64,000 nt of DNA. Source: Mobula hypostoma (lineage: Eukaryota). The notes beneath the pieces are model-generated. The model did no database searches. It saw only the letters and a list, made by a program, of their open reading frames with translations, and had not been told where the DNA came from. Location of the stretch: positions 14,694,001 through 14,758,000 of the forward strand of contig NC_086123.1 of the NCBI RefSeq assembly GCF_963921235.1. Direction: 5' to 3'. A program made the position numbers and the translations under genes. Positions 1 through 12,444 of the stretch are shown one piece after another. Numbering within the stretch: position 1 is the first letter of the stretch; each line of letters opens with the position of its first letter.

Positions 1-342
1 GAAAGTTGATCAACACCCTCTGCTCACAATAGAGGGTACCTTTGCAAAACTTTCTGAAGGGAAACACTTCAGCAAAGTTCTCTTAGCTGAGGCCTCTCTA
101 CAGATGGAAATGGAAGAAGAGTCCAAAGTGTTTCTCACCGTAAACACACACAAAGGGCTTTATCGCTATAGTGGGCTTAATTTTGGAGGCGTCTCTGTCA
201 GGAAGCTCTGGACCAGGTGCTGCAAGGCTGTCCAGACACTCACTGTTACCTGGATGACATCATTTCTATAGGTGAGGATGGCAAGGAACATCTCCAAAGT
301 TTCAAGAAAATATTGAAAAGATTAATAGATTATAGGTTCAGA

Positions 343-823
343 TAGGTTTAGTGTCAGGTCACTGGTCTGAGTGCTACTGGTACCATGTGACCCAGTTACT
401 ACCTGTCGCATGGTCGGGTGGTCGGCGACTAAACCGGCTCCCCCACCAGGCTTGCCTGGTGAGGAGGGCGGCTAGACACCCTACAGGACAAAAAGCAAGA
501 CCTGTCAAAGGGCGGATGAACCCTCTTGTAGGGTCAACGGCCATCTTGCAAACATGTGCCGTGAAGCGTGGAAAGGGCACCCCTTGCATCGAAGCTTTGT
601 CTGACCATTCAGTGCAACAGAACTTCCTCCAGCCGTCTTGGACCCCACCATGCCGCTGGATCCGGGAGGCGATGTCGAGAGAGTGGGTCTGGACCTGTGC
701 AACCCCCTACTCACCTAAAATCCACTCACGCACACGCTGTTCCTTTCTGAGGAGTGGGGTATCCTAAACCCCACTAAATGACTGAAAGGAACCGTCATCA
801 TCCTGCGGGATGGATAGCCAGAG
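343..823 (+). mobile_element. Short non-coding RTE-like (5'UTR-derived) retroelement inserted in the Gypsy RT
   Basis: Perfect 11-bp TSD ataggttcaga at 332-342 and 824-834; the Gypsy reading frame resumes after it. Shares a motif (tgccgctggatcc) with the element at 40557-41116. Confidence 0.65.
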
Positions 824-959
824 ATAGGTTCAGAGCATGACGTAATGTATGAATTCTTTAAACCAAGCACTGTGGTCACAATGTTGCCACGCAAGAATTA
901 CACAAGTGTGCGGAGAACATTCAGGTAGTACCAGATGCCAACGGACACATAGCAGCTCA

Positions 960-1565
960 ACTGGTTTAAATGGTTCAATTCAGTATCAGAGAATGTTTAC
1001 AGCATACAACCTGAAATTCTTACTCTTTGCAGACATCCATGAAACAAGAAACCCCATAGAATGGATGATAGAAACACCGGAACCCCCTTCGCCCCTCCCA
1101 AGCAACATCAGGAGCATCGAACCCCCCACCCCCACCGTGCTAGCAATGGCAAAAGCTCCCCAAAGTCCATCAAAAACTATAGTCCGTAATCCAACACTTC
1201 AGTGTCTCAGATAGGCTTCTCTCACAGCGAGGGGGAGAGAGGTGGCTCTCCTGCTGTGAGAGCAGGGACCAGCAGCTCGCGGTTCTGATGTTATAATCTT
1301 TCACGTTGCTTCTCCTAGCCCACCGACTTGAGGACCAAGAGGCGCTCACTCACCGTCGAGAGAGAGGGAGAGAGCGAGAGAGAGAGAGAGCGAGAGAGAG
1401 AGAGAGAGAGAGAGATTGCTTGAGTACAGGGGCCTTCTTCCAGCAGTGGCACACACTGCCTACTGTCTCAATGTTTTAGTCTCCACGACGCCTCAGTCGG
1501 CAAGATCGGTGAGGAAACCGGGTCACCTTTGGGTCCGCTCGCTGAAGATACGCGTTCTTTAGGCA
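960..1565 (-). repeat. Interspersed retroposon-like repeat with short tandem tail; related copies at ~35290-35560, ~41605-42730 and ~51190-51365
   Basis: Shared sequence atcagagaatgt..tacaacctgaaattcttactctttgca.acatcca in several copies, with (ggttcaa)n-type tails. Contains (GA)n at ~1358-1415. Confidence 0.55.
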
Positions 1566-2040
1566 GTTCCTAGAGATAACAAAGTACCAGGCCACAAGAG
1601 TGGACCCAAAATCCGCCGTTTGCAGTCCTTTTTAGGATTTGTCCATTACTACAATACATTCCTACCAAACCTGGCCTCTGCGTCCTAGCCCTTGAACTCA
1701 TTACTACGGGTCGTGAAGAAATGGCAATGGACAAGGCAGTGTGAGGTGGCTTTCCTAAAGACAAAGGAAATGACGGTGTCAGAATCTGTACTCACACATT
1801 ATGATCCATATCATCCAGTGAAGCTTTCCTGTGATGCCTCGCCTTACGTTATAGGTGTGGTCATGTCACATGGTGGATTGTCAATGATGGAAGTGAATGC
1901 CTCGTGTTTCCTTACTGCTGCAGAGAAAACTTATGCACAGGTTGACAGAGAGGCCTTGAGTCTGGTTTGGGGCGTAAAACGTTTCAACCAGTACTTGTAT
2001 GGGAGTGAGTTTACCCTCATTACTGGTCATTAATCACTGG

Positions 2041-2147
2041 CAACACACACAAAATGCTGGAGAAACTCAGCAGGTCAGGCAGCATCTGTGGAAAAGAGTA
2101 AACAGTTGGCGTTTCGGGCCGAGAGCCTTCACCAGGTCCGATCAGGA
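2041..2147 (-). mobile_element. Penelope-like element 3' tail (pLTR) fragment with degenerate hammerhead motif
   Basis: Matches the tail of the Penelope element at 20480-22510. Reverse complement reads cctggtgaaggctctcggcccgaaacgcc. Confidence 0.8.
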
Positions 2148-3084
2148 CACTTCATCAGCGTGAATTCAAGAGGACAACTAATCATGCAAGTGCTGATGGA
2201 TTGTCCTGTTTACCCTTGGAAAAGGAAATAGCTGAAAAATTTACAAAAGCAGGCACACCTCTTGACGAATTCTCCCCAATGCAAATTGTCAGTCATCTTA
2301 ATACGCCAGAGATGATGCAAAGCGAAACCAGACAAGACGCCACACTGCCTCAGGTCTACATGGCAGCCAAGAATGGCTGGAATGTGCAGCAGAAATTCCA
2401 GTTCCCACACTTTTACCGGAGCCGGGATGAACTTGCCCTTGACAGGGTTCCCCTATGTGGGGATTGAGAGTTGTACCATCTAAGCTGAGAGCTAAAGTGT
2501 TGGAGGAGCTATGTGCCCATCATCTTGGTCAAAGTGTTGGCTCGAAGCTTGTCTGGTGGCCTGGGATCAAGCAGCTTGCCATGCACTGGTTGGGATGCCA
2601 ACGTGTCCAGAATATGCCAAGATGGTGGCGTATTCAATCGCAGTGGCTTCTACAGCATCAACAGAGGTGCCACTGTCCTTTTTAAATGTACCTTTTATGA
2701 TCGCAAGATCCTGCTAGACATTAAGTACTGCAAGTCCAGCCCATCAGTGGCAGAGAAACTGAAAGAGCTGGGCTTGGTGCAGATTGTGCTGCCGTTTTCC
2801 ACAGAGAGGCTTCAGAGGAGTCCGTGCACAAAGGAAGCACGCAGTCTAATAGCCAGTGACTCTCTTTTAATTGCTTTTCTTGTGATCGCAAGACCCATTT
2901 GGACATTGTTAAAGGGGAATGCTGCAAATCCGATTCACAGATTTGTTGGCTGACAGGAGGGGTGGACAGAGGGTGCGCTGTGTGGCCTTGGTTGTGGCAA
3001 GGACTAAGCCTCAGGCTGCAGTGTCGCCTGTTTACAGCTGCCAGGGTAGCGGTGCCAAAGCCAGTGTGCTTATATGTATTTATA

Positions 3085-3310
3085 TGTATCCTGACCCAGA
3101 TCTGGGCCGTACCCTCCAAATATCTGGACCTGCCTCTCGGTTTTTTTGCACTACCTTACTTTCCATTTTCCTATTTTCTATTTATGATTGTTAATTTAAA
3201 TTTTTACTATTTACTATCAATTTGTACTCCAGGGAGCAGGAAGCGCAGAATCAAATATCGCTGTGATGATTGTACATTCTAGTATCAATTGTTTGGCGAC
3301 AATAAAGTAT
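3085..3310 (+). repeat. LINE-like 3' end repeat; second copy at ~23626-23860
   Basis: Near-identical ~220-bp blocks (atcctgaccc.gatctgg.ccgtacc...atcaattgtttgg.gacaataa.gta) ending in a polyA-signal-like tail. Confidence 0.75.
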
Positions 3311-3333
3311 ACACACACACACACACACACACA

Positions 3334-3799
3334 CAGAGTGATTGATAAGTTTGTGGTCTAAGGTAGAAGGAGATGAGTTATTAACTTCAAACTTTCTGCA
3401 TTATCACTCAAAGAGTTGAACCGCACGTGCATGTAACGAGAGCGTCTTGGACCTCCAGGTGGTCCACAGCAGGGGTGATTGATAAGTTTGTGGCCTAAGG
3501 TAGAAGGAGATGAGTTATACAGCTCTTGTTACATGCACGTGCAGTTCAACTCTTTGAGTGAAAATGCAGAAAGTTTGATGTTAATAACCCATCTCCTTCT
3601 AACTTAGGCCACGAACTTATCAATCACCCCCTGCTGTGAACCACTTCTGGAGGTCCAAGACGCCGACTTCTACAAAGAAGGGATCCGTATGCTCCACGAC
3701 CGCTGGACTAAGTGTGTAAATGTAGGAAAAATAAATGTGCTAGGTTTTCTAAAATTGACTCCTTCTACCTTAGGCCACGAACATATCAATCACCCCTCA
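3334..3799 (+). mobile_element. Mariner-derived MITE with four TIR copies
   Basis: TIR gtgattgataagtttgtggcctaaggtagaagga at ~3338 and ~3472, inverted copies at ~3590-3630 and ~3760-3798, followed by TA. 3665-3727 encodes DFYKEGIRMLHDRWTKCVNVG (mariner transposase C-terminus). Confidence 0.85.
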
Positions 3800-3915
3800 T
3801 ATCTATGTATGTATGTATAAATATATATATAAAATGTCTAGAAAGCAATATGGTACATAGTTGAGTTGAGTTGCATTCTGTATTGAGTTGGAGTTTACAG
3901 CTAAGTGGGGAGAAG

Positions 3916-4141
3916 TGTTGTGTATTTAATATTTCAGTCATATTGTTTGATTAAGCATTCTTTGGTTGTTAGATAATTCATTACAGCTTATACGTCAAAG
4001 TACTATCCTTGAAAGGCATACATCATCACGCCACCATGTCATAAGTGTGTGCTTCACTAAAGTAAAATCTAAGTAGACACTCATCTCCCAGAGCTCCCAT
4101 CTTTTTCTTTCAATTAATTTCTGATGTTTCAAAACGTAACA
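3916..4141 (+). repeat. Gypsy LTR; related copies at 8916-9167 and ~9723-9941
   Basis: tgttgtgtatttaatatttcag...cgtaaca with TG...CA ends; three similar copies in the window. Confidence 0.8.
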
Positions 4142-4309
4142 GTTTTATTACCATCTCTGCAGTGTTGTAGACAGCCATTTGGGGATGTTAGATGGTGTAG
4201 ATGTAGGTACTCGTTGGTTAGTAATTGAGGAAAGGATCAAAAGTGCAAGGCATTTTCACTGCCCCGCTTAACCATGAAAAGACTAACTTCCATATCAGTC
4301 CGACTGGAA

Positions 4310-5494
4310 CAGCGGTCCCCAACCACCGGGCCGCAGAGCATGCACTACCGGGCTGCGAGGAAACGATATGATTTGGCGATAGGAGTCAGCTGTACCTTTC
4401 CTCATTCCCTGTCACGCTCACTGTTGAGTTTGAACGCACGCGAGGTCATTACGCACGCATCATCCATGTCAGCACGGGAAGAAGATCAACTCCTCCAGCT
4501 TGCAAATGACGACGGGCTGAAAAGTATGTTTGACATAACATCTCTGCCGGCATTATGGATCAAAGTCAAGGCTAAATATCCTGAGATAGTCACGAAAGCA
4601 CTGAAGACGTTGCTTCCATTTCCAACATATCTCTGCAATGAATGCAACAAAAACTAAATTGCAGAATAGATTGGACACAAGGAACCCCCTTCGAGTATCG
4701 CTGTCTCCCATCACCCCTCAATGGCACCGTCTCGTTGCAGGGAAACAAGCCCAGGGCTCCCACTGATTCAGCGATATTGGTGTGCTGCAATGATTTTATA
4801 TGTTTATACAGGGAAAATTTGCACTGTGTGTTTAATATCCAAACGTTACTTAGAATGTTATGATGCTATTGACTTACATAACCATATAACAATTACAGCA
4901 CGGAAACAGGCCATCTCTGCGCTTCTAGTCCGTGCCGAACGCTACTCTCACCTAGTCCCGCCGACCTGCACTCAGCCCATAACCCTCTATTCCTTTCCTG
5001 TCCATATACCTATCCAATTTTTCTTTAAATGATAATATCAGACCTGCCTCTACCACTTCTACTGGAAGTTCGTTCAACACTTACTTCAAGCTCCCCTGTC
5101 CTCCCCTGACAATTGACTTATCACTATATTCATGCAAGGAAAATATGTGCTGTGTGTTTAATATTAAATTCGTTAGATAAACCCTTTTAGAAACGAAATT
5201 GAGTGTATTAGCCACTTATCGCCTATATTGCGTTCGTGATTAACCCCAACACACCCCCCCGAACAGAATCGCCAAAAACGATTTGTAGAAGGAAATCGGC
5301 GCATATGCGCATGCGCAAATTACGCATGCGCACTGGTCCCCACGCAAGGCTTAATGGTCATTGTAGTCTTTCTCCGGGTAAACCGAACGTATATGACTGC
5401 TACTCTTGTTCATTGACAACCCTACTACCACCACCACCACCACCCCGCCCCCCGGTCGGCCGGTCCGCAGTGCAATAAAGGTTGGGGACCCCTG
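4310..5494 (+). mobile_element. Non-autonomous hAT-Charlie DNA transposon
   Basis: TIRs cagcggtccccaacc / ggttggggacccctg; 8-bp TSD gactggaa/gactagaa. Remnant EEDQLLQLAND..LWIKVKAKYPEIVTKALKTLLPFPTYLC resembles the Charlie/ZBED5-type dimerisation region. Confidence 0.92.
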
Positions 5495-6376
5495 GACTAG
5501 AAGAAGGACTGATGTAGTTAGACAACAGAAACGTAATAACAAAAGCAGATGTAGGAAATGTGAATGCACTCATTAATTCAAGTGAAGAAGAAATGCAGAC
5601 TGTGTGGATTAAGTACTGCTGGTTATTTGGCAAGCATATCCATTGGGAGAAGTTATTCAGATCAAAAGTAAACACATACAAATGTATACGAAAAGGGGCA
5701 ATGGAAAAGAAACATTTTCAGAATATTCAGAATGGGAGATGACAGAGTCGATATCTCTGCAGGAAGTGACATCACGTAGGAATACCAGAGGAATGAAGAG
5801 CACGCTGCCAAGCAGATCAGAAAACAGTCGAAATCCAAACCTATTACCACCAAGAGGTCAAAACTTTGTATTAAAGTACTATCATATCTCTCAATCTATA
5901 CCAAAATATCAAAATCTTACGCAAAAAGATGAAAAATAAAAGGAGTATCTGAAGGAAAATATCTCGAAACTGAGCATCTGCTCCTTTTAGAAGAAGCTGT
6001 CTCTCCTCCAGAGTCTGAGAGGATTTTATAGGTTCTCCCCATGACGACCACGGTGTTACGAGACACTCCCAATGGCACCAGCTTCCAGGATTTAGATGCT
6101 CAAACTCCCCAGAGTACAGATAGCTGGTGCGGCTCCTTTTAAGGATTCGGGACAGTCCCGCTAATTGGTAAGTATGTTTTGGGTGCTAAGAATCGAGTAT
6201 TTAAGGAACATTGTAAACTGAGGATTGGTGCTCTATCTTAAGCCCGAATAGCGATTTCATCTAGCAATTGTCTTGTGCTCAGTTTTCGATCCAGTTTGAT
6301 ACCGCGTCTCAATCCTTGCTTTGGATGCTGCAGTATTTGGCTCCAAGCCATCCATGTCAAGGGCTGTCATCACAGA

Positions 6377-6508
6377 GGGTTTCCTCCGGGTGCTCAAGTT
6401 TCGTCACTCGTTCCAAAGATGCGCGGGTCAGTGGGTTAATTGGTCACATGGGTGTAATCGGCTGGGAGGGCCTGTTACCGTGCGGTGTCTCCCAATAAAT
6501 AAATAAAT
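6377..6508 (+). mobile_element. V-SINE (HE1-like) fragment
   Basis: gggtttcctccgggtgctc.agtttc...tccaaagatg core plus (aaat)n tail. A related copy lies on the minus strand at ~50735-50945. Confidence 0.65.
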
Positions 6509-6584
6509 AGAGAAGGAAGTAAGAGTCCACATCTTGAAATGGCTCCAATCAGACAGACAATAAAAGAAACAAAGGTTCCTTTGG

Positions 6585-7485
6585 TGACACAAAGGTAGGG
6601 GGTGTTGTGGATAGTGTGGAGGGCTGTCAGAGGTTACAGAAGGACATCGATAGGATGCAAAACTGGGCTGAGAAGTGGCAGATGGAGTTCAACCCAGGTA
6701 AGTGTGAGGTGATTCATTTTGGTAGGTCAAATATGATGGCAGAATATAGTATTAATGCTAAGACGTTTGGCAGTGTGGAGGATCAGAGAGGTCTTGGGGT
6801 CTGAGTCCATAGGACACTCAAAGCTGCTGTGCAGGTTGACTGTGTGGTTAAGAAGGCATATGGTGTATTGGCCTTCATCAATCATGGGATTGAGTTCAAG
6901 AGCCGAGAGGTAATGTTGCAGCTATATAGGACCCCGGTCAGACCCCACTTGCAGTACTGTGCTCAGTTCTGGTCACCTCACCACAGGAAGGATGTGGAAA
7001 CCATAGAAAGAGTGCACATGAGATTTACAAGGATGTTGCCTGGATTGGGGAGCATGCCTTATGGGAATAGGTTGAGTAAACTCGGCCTTTTCACCTTGGA
7101 GCGTCGGAGGATGAGAGGTGGCCTGATAGAGGTGTATAAGATGATGAGAGGCATTGATTGTGTGGATAGTCAAAGGCTTTTTTCACCAAGACAGAAATGG
7201 CTAACCCAAGAGGGCACAGTTTAAAGGTGCTTGGAAGTCGGTACAGAGGAGATATCAGGGTAAGTTTTTTACGCAGAGTGAAAAAAACCATGGAATGGGC
7301 TATCAGCGATGGTGGTGGAGGCAGATACGATAGGGTCTTTTAAAAGTCTCTTGGATAGGTACGTGGAGCACAGAAAAATAGAGGGCTATGGGTAACCCAA
7401 GATAATTTCTAAAGTAAGTACATGTTCAGCACAGCATTGTGGGCCGAAGGGCCGATATTGTGCTGTAGGTTTTGTATGTTTCTAT
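6585..7485 (+). mobile_element. 5'-truncated CR1-clade LINE (RT C-terminus and 3'UTR)
   Basis: LQKDIDRMQNWAEKWQMEFNPGKCEVIHFG; VRPHLQYCAQFWSP; tail tttgtatgtttcta. Confidence 0.92.
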
Positions 7486-8160
7486 AAATGCGCTGCATTT
7501 TTATTCACAGAATGGAAGCAGCAATCATGCTGGGTCTGAGAACGTGAGCTGGAGGGGTGGGAGAGGGGAAACTGGTGGTGGATCTACAAACGGTCATAAA
7601 AACATAGAATAGAAGTGAAATACAGAAAACTGGAAAAAAATCCTCAGGAAGAAGCGAAACAGTTCCAATCCGAATGTGCTCAGGATGCTTAAAACATCAA
7701 AACATTTAGAGAGCAGTTGGACTGAAGGTGTTTTGCTCTTTTGGTAGCTATTTCTCTTGAAGCATCAGAGGATTTTAAATATCACATCAGTATTTATTTC
7801 CCAGCTGAACCCAACAATCCATCCCCTACATAAAGTGTTAATTAAGTTGATGAGAACTATGGACAAGGAACTCCACGATGCGGAGCAGGTCCATTTAATT
7901 CAGGCCAAGATACTGACTGGGTGAAAGTCCATGTGACGACAGAGGAGCCTAGTGGATGGCCAGTGATTTGCCTAGTACCCAAAGAGTGGTCTAGAAAGGT
8001 AAAAAGGTAAAAAAAGATCAAGAGAGACAACTACCCAAATCCAATCCTTACCAGTACATGCAGAGGCAAAGATTTACAGCAAACTGAATTCCAGGGACAG
8101 GTACTAGAAATTAAAAATAAGTTTAAAAGAATCTTTATTGTTGACGTCCTCTGCCATACA

Positions 8161-8367
8161 CCAGCCAGTGGTGTAGTGGCGTCAGCACCAGACCTCGAGG
8201 CCAATGGTCCCAGGTTCGAATCTGGCCGGCTCCTTGCACACTTTCCATCCGTGCTGGGTTGGGCATCGAGCAGGCAACTTGGCTTCGTTAAAAAACAGGC
8301 AAATGCTAAGGAAACGGCAAAAAATGCAACCCGATGCACCACAAGGCATGAAAAGGAACAACAACAA
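8161..8367 (+). mobile_element. tRNA-derived SINE
   Basis: Pol III A box tggtgtagtgg, B box ggttcgaatc, unrelated body and (caa)n tail. No complete tRNA cloverleaf. Confidence 0.8.
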
Positions 8368-8915
8368 AATCTACCATGTAATTCGAACAGCACAGTTCCA
8401 AAGTCTACCTTTTGGCCTATATTAAACAAGGACAAATATCAGAAGAAAGTAAATAAGATCTACAAAGGATGCAAAGGAAGACCTAACATGACAGATGGCA
8501 TCCAGATTTATAAAGTGGAAGACAAATTGCACAACTGCCCTCCGTGAGGCAGAGGAAGGAGCCGCAGAGCCTGGGATGAAGCTACAGTAAGCGTTGACCT
8601 ACACGTACACCCTGTCATTCTTTGTAACCCTCACTATAGCTTCTGGAGGATGCCAGCTGTTTTCCTTTCTCTGCTGACTTTATGAAGCTGTCGGAACAGT
8701 TTCTACTTCCTTCTTCTTAGCCGTCAGAATTATCGTCTTCCTTGCTGACCTTTGATTTAGTGCGCTCATCTGACATGAATACCTCCAAACCCGAGAACAT
8801 TATGCATGGGGCATTTAGACCCTTTAAATTACCTTGACACAGCAACTCAGTCCAACTGTGGCTCAAATCATTTTGAAGTTCCATGAATGACAGAAATTAA
8901 CCCCACAGTCTATTC

Positions 8916-9941
8916 TGCTGTGTAGTTAATATTTCAGTAAAATTTGAATAATATTATGACTATATTGTTTGATTAAACATTCTTTATTGTTTACATAACG
9001 CATTGTAGGTTGTATGTAAAAGTATGCGAATGGCACACGCCATCACGTCACTATGTGATATGTGTGCATCTTACTAAAAGTTAAAAAACTAAGTTAGACT
9101 CACATTTCAGACTCTCCATCTTTTCCTTTTGATTAAACATTATGTTTTGGCATTGCGAAACGTAACAGTGCACATCCTAGAAAGAAGAAAAAGGAAAATT
9201 TAGAGGAGGAGGATATAAGTATAATGGAAATGAAAGAGGATAAACGAGATCTAACTTCTCAAAAAAATTAGCAAATTGAGAGATACTCGCAAGAAACTAG
9301 AAGAAGAAAAAGGAAGGCAAGACAAAAGAAAGACAAGATGTTGAAAAGGAGGGAAGATATGGAGAGAAAAGCCAAGGAAAAAAAGAGAAGAAAGGTACTC
9401 AGCGCTGTCAGAACTGGTTCCTGCAGCCACAGAAACTACTCTTGCAACCATCACGGAGGAGGTCACAGATCCCGAGATTGTTTTACAACCACAAGTCTCA
9501 CCTGCCAAGCAGAGTGACCCCCGTTGTCGGGAAAGACATTATCCCCCAAGAATAAGAAAGGCTTTACGGTGATTAAATCCTTAGGTTTGAATGGAACGAT
9601 TTAAAAATTTACTATGCTGTGGATGTCTATATAGTAGTTGTATTATATAGTATACTGTATACATAATATACGTATATAAATTGAGTGCATTCTATATTGA
9701 GTTGCAGCTAAGCAGGGAGGACTCTTGTGTGTTTAATATTTCAGTAATAGTTGAGTAATATTGCAGATATATTGTTTGATTAAGCATTCTTTATTGTTTA
9801 CATAATGATTTGTGGATTAGCTGTAAAATTATGTAAATGACATACGTCACATCTCGCTTAAGGTAATAAAACTAAGCTTAGACTCCCATATTGGACTTTT
9901 CCTTTAAATTAGTTTTACGTTTTAGAGTTACAAACCAAAAC
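8916..9941 (+). mobile_element. Two Gypsy LTR copies flanking a short 3'-internal remnant
   Basis: LTR at 8916-9167; post-integrase-like remnant at ~9400-9560; purine tract aagcagggagg; LTR at ~9723-9941. No clear TSD. Confidence 0.6.
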
Positions 9942-10580
9942 CCCTTCCATCACAATAATGCCAGCTGATCTTATATCCTCATATGTTCTCTTCTGTCCTC
10001 CAGTTACATCGAACAACACATGAGTCAGAGGGTCAAAGTAAGAGACCTGCTCAAAGGATGGAACCTCTGCTGAATACCTGACCCTTATTTGGAGACAGAT
10101 ACACAGGCCCCAGCTTTGCATCTGTTGCATCAAATTTCTTAATAATTTTGAAAGTTCCAATGAGATCACTTCTAATCTAACTAAAATCAGCAGTGCATAG
10201 GCATATTCTACACGATCTTTCTCCATATGGCAAATTCACCTTTCCAGGAATCAGTCTGATGAACCTCCAGTGAACTCCCTCTAATGCAAGTGTGTCCTCA
10301 GTTAGTTAAGGAAACCAAGCCTGCACACAATATTCGAGATGTGATCTCACCAGAGCTCTATATGAATACAGGAGGCATCTGCACAATTGAACTCAAGTTG
10401 TCTCACACTAAAAATTCACAGAATGCTTGCCTTCCTAAATGTGTGCTGCCCCTGTATGTTAATTTCTTGTGATCCATTTACCATGTCTGCAAATAGCATC
10501 TTTTAATTTCCCACTATTTAAAAATACTTCACTTTTTTTCTGCATTATGTTCCATTTGCCACATCCTTACCCATTCACAT

Positions 10581-12356
10581 TGTCACGTGACCGGCAACAA
10601 TGAATATAGAAGTGAGTCAGGCTTTATAAACAAATAAACATTTATTAAACTCCGCTCAACATTAGTAAAAAGATAAACAAACGAAAACCTTAACTGGAGG
10701 TAAACTGCTATGCGGCCATTTAACAAACCGCCAAACTCATTACTAGTTCTTAAAGCGGTAAATGTGAACACAGTATTAAAGTGGTAAATTGGAACACAGT
10801 TCTTAGAATGGTAAATTTGAAAGTCCAAGAGATTTATACAGTCAATTAGGAGAGACTTTCCTGAAGTAAAGAATTCCTCAAAGACGCGACGTTACTGCTT
10901 ATCCCAGCTGGAACCTGCCTTGTCCGCAGGATTCACGACAACAGAAATAAAACAGTTTAAAGGAACTGACCTTTTCCTCTGTAGAATAGACACTGCACAA
11001 CCTTTCTTGCTTTAGCAGAGGTTATCTCATGCAGATCACTCTTTCTTGAACGAAGATTCAATAATGGTCAATCCTCTCCAATACCGCCGAACGATATCAG
11101 CTTTACTCGACTCCTTCAGGTTCCGTACCTTAGTAATGTCTTCACTCTCTAATACTACCGAAAAGGTACACCAACAAAGCTGGCAGCTATTGGTGAAATT
11201 GCCGGCCCAACACTTCTGTACCTTACAATAGAAAGTAAAACTCCATTTTAAAACTAAACTGCATCATGGGATGAATACGCAGCAGGGCGAAGTATCCGAA
11301 TGGCGATCTAACTGAAAACTAACTGCGTCACCAGAGGCCTCACCTTTATAGAAACATAGAAACATAGAAAAATAGGTGCAGGAGTAGGCCATTCGGCCCT
11401 TCGAGCCTGCACCACCATTTATTATGATCATGGCTGATCATCCAACTCAGAACCCCACCCCAGTCTTCCCTCCATACCCCCTGACCCCCGTAGCCACAAA
11501 GGCCATATCTAACTCCCTCTTAAATATAGCCAATGAACTGGCCTCAACTGTTTCCTGTGGCAGAGAATTCCACAGATTCACCACTCTCCGTGTGAAGAAG
11601 TTTTTCCTAATCTCGGTCCTAAAAGGCTTCCCCTCTATCCTCAAACTGTGGCCCCTCGTTCTGGACTTCCCCAAAATCGGGAACAATCTTCTTGCATCTA
11701 GCCTGTCCAATTCCTTTAGGATTTTATATGTTTCAATCAGATCCCCCCTCAATCTTCTAAATTCCAACGAGTACAAGCCCAGTTCATCCAGTCTTTCTTC
11801 ATATGAAAGTCCTGCCAACCCAGGAATCAATCTGGTGAACCTTCTTTGTACTCCCTCTATGGCAAGGATGTCTTTCCTCAGATTAGGGGACCAAAACTGC
11901 ACACAATACTCCAGGTGTGGTCTCACCAAGGCCTTGTACAACTGCAGTAGTACTTCCCTGCTCCTGTACTCGAATCCTCTCACTATAAATGCCAGCATAC
12001 CATTCACCTTTTTCACCGCCTGCTGTACCTGCATGCCCACTTTCAATGACTGGTGTATAATGACACCCTCGTTGCACCTTCCCTTTTCCTAATCGGCCAC
12101 CATTCAGATAATAATCTGTTTTCCTATTTTTGCCACCAAAGTGGATAACTTCACATTTATCCACATTAAATTGCATCTGCCATGAATTTGCCCACTCACC
12201 CAACCTATCCCGTGGTGGACATGTCATCACGTGTCCTCACATCGGTGGGAAAATTACATCGGGAGACCGCCAAAAGACCATTACATCATGCTCATCCGCT
12301 ACTCAATTACATCATGGTCATAAGACAGTCACAAGATATCCATGAGGTATGTAACA
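10581..12356. mobile_element. Solo LTR interrupted by a CR1 insertion
   Basis: Ends tgtcacgt...atgtaaca (imperfect inverted TG...CA); flanks acat/gcat (4-bp TSD, one mismatch). Confidence 0.65.
11347..12210 (-). mobile_element. Relatively young 5'-truncated CR1 LINE
   Basis: ORF 11447-12046 (LYKALVRPHLEYCVQFWSP...RTRGHSL...FFTRRVVNLWNSLP); (atagaaac)n 3' tail at ~11347-11370. Confidence 0.95.
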
Positions 12357-12444
12357 GCATAATATGTCCATAACCGAAAAAACTTCTCCAATCCCACACC
12401 GTTGCCGAGTCTTGCGTCAAAGGCAAACCTTGATTATGTCTTCA

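Larger units (their letters stand above)
1..4141 (+). mobile_element. Decayed Gypsy/Ty3 LTR retrotransposon (RT, RNase H, start of integrase, PPT, 3' LTR), interrupted by several insertions
   Basis: 241-264 translates HCYLDDII (RT catalytic motif). ORF 1692-2033 has LTHYDP..VKLSCDASPY..YAQVDREALSLVWGVKRFNQYLYG (Gypsy RNase H). Integrase zinc-finger-like remnant at ~2460-2620. Purine tract ggggagaag directly precedes a TG...CA LTR at 3916-4141. Confidence 0.9.

Noticed and set aside
8161-8235. tRNA gene
   Set aside because: A and B boxes are present, but there is no clean cloverleaf and it continues into a SINE body and (caa)n tail.
5500-8900. A-rich degenerate coding-like sequence between the recognised repeats
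   Set aside because: Probably an old retroelement, but no motif could be identified, so no call was made.
11424-12092. 222-aa plus-strand ORF
   Set aside because: Antisense shadow of the CR1 RT frame.
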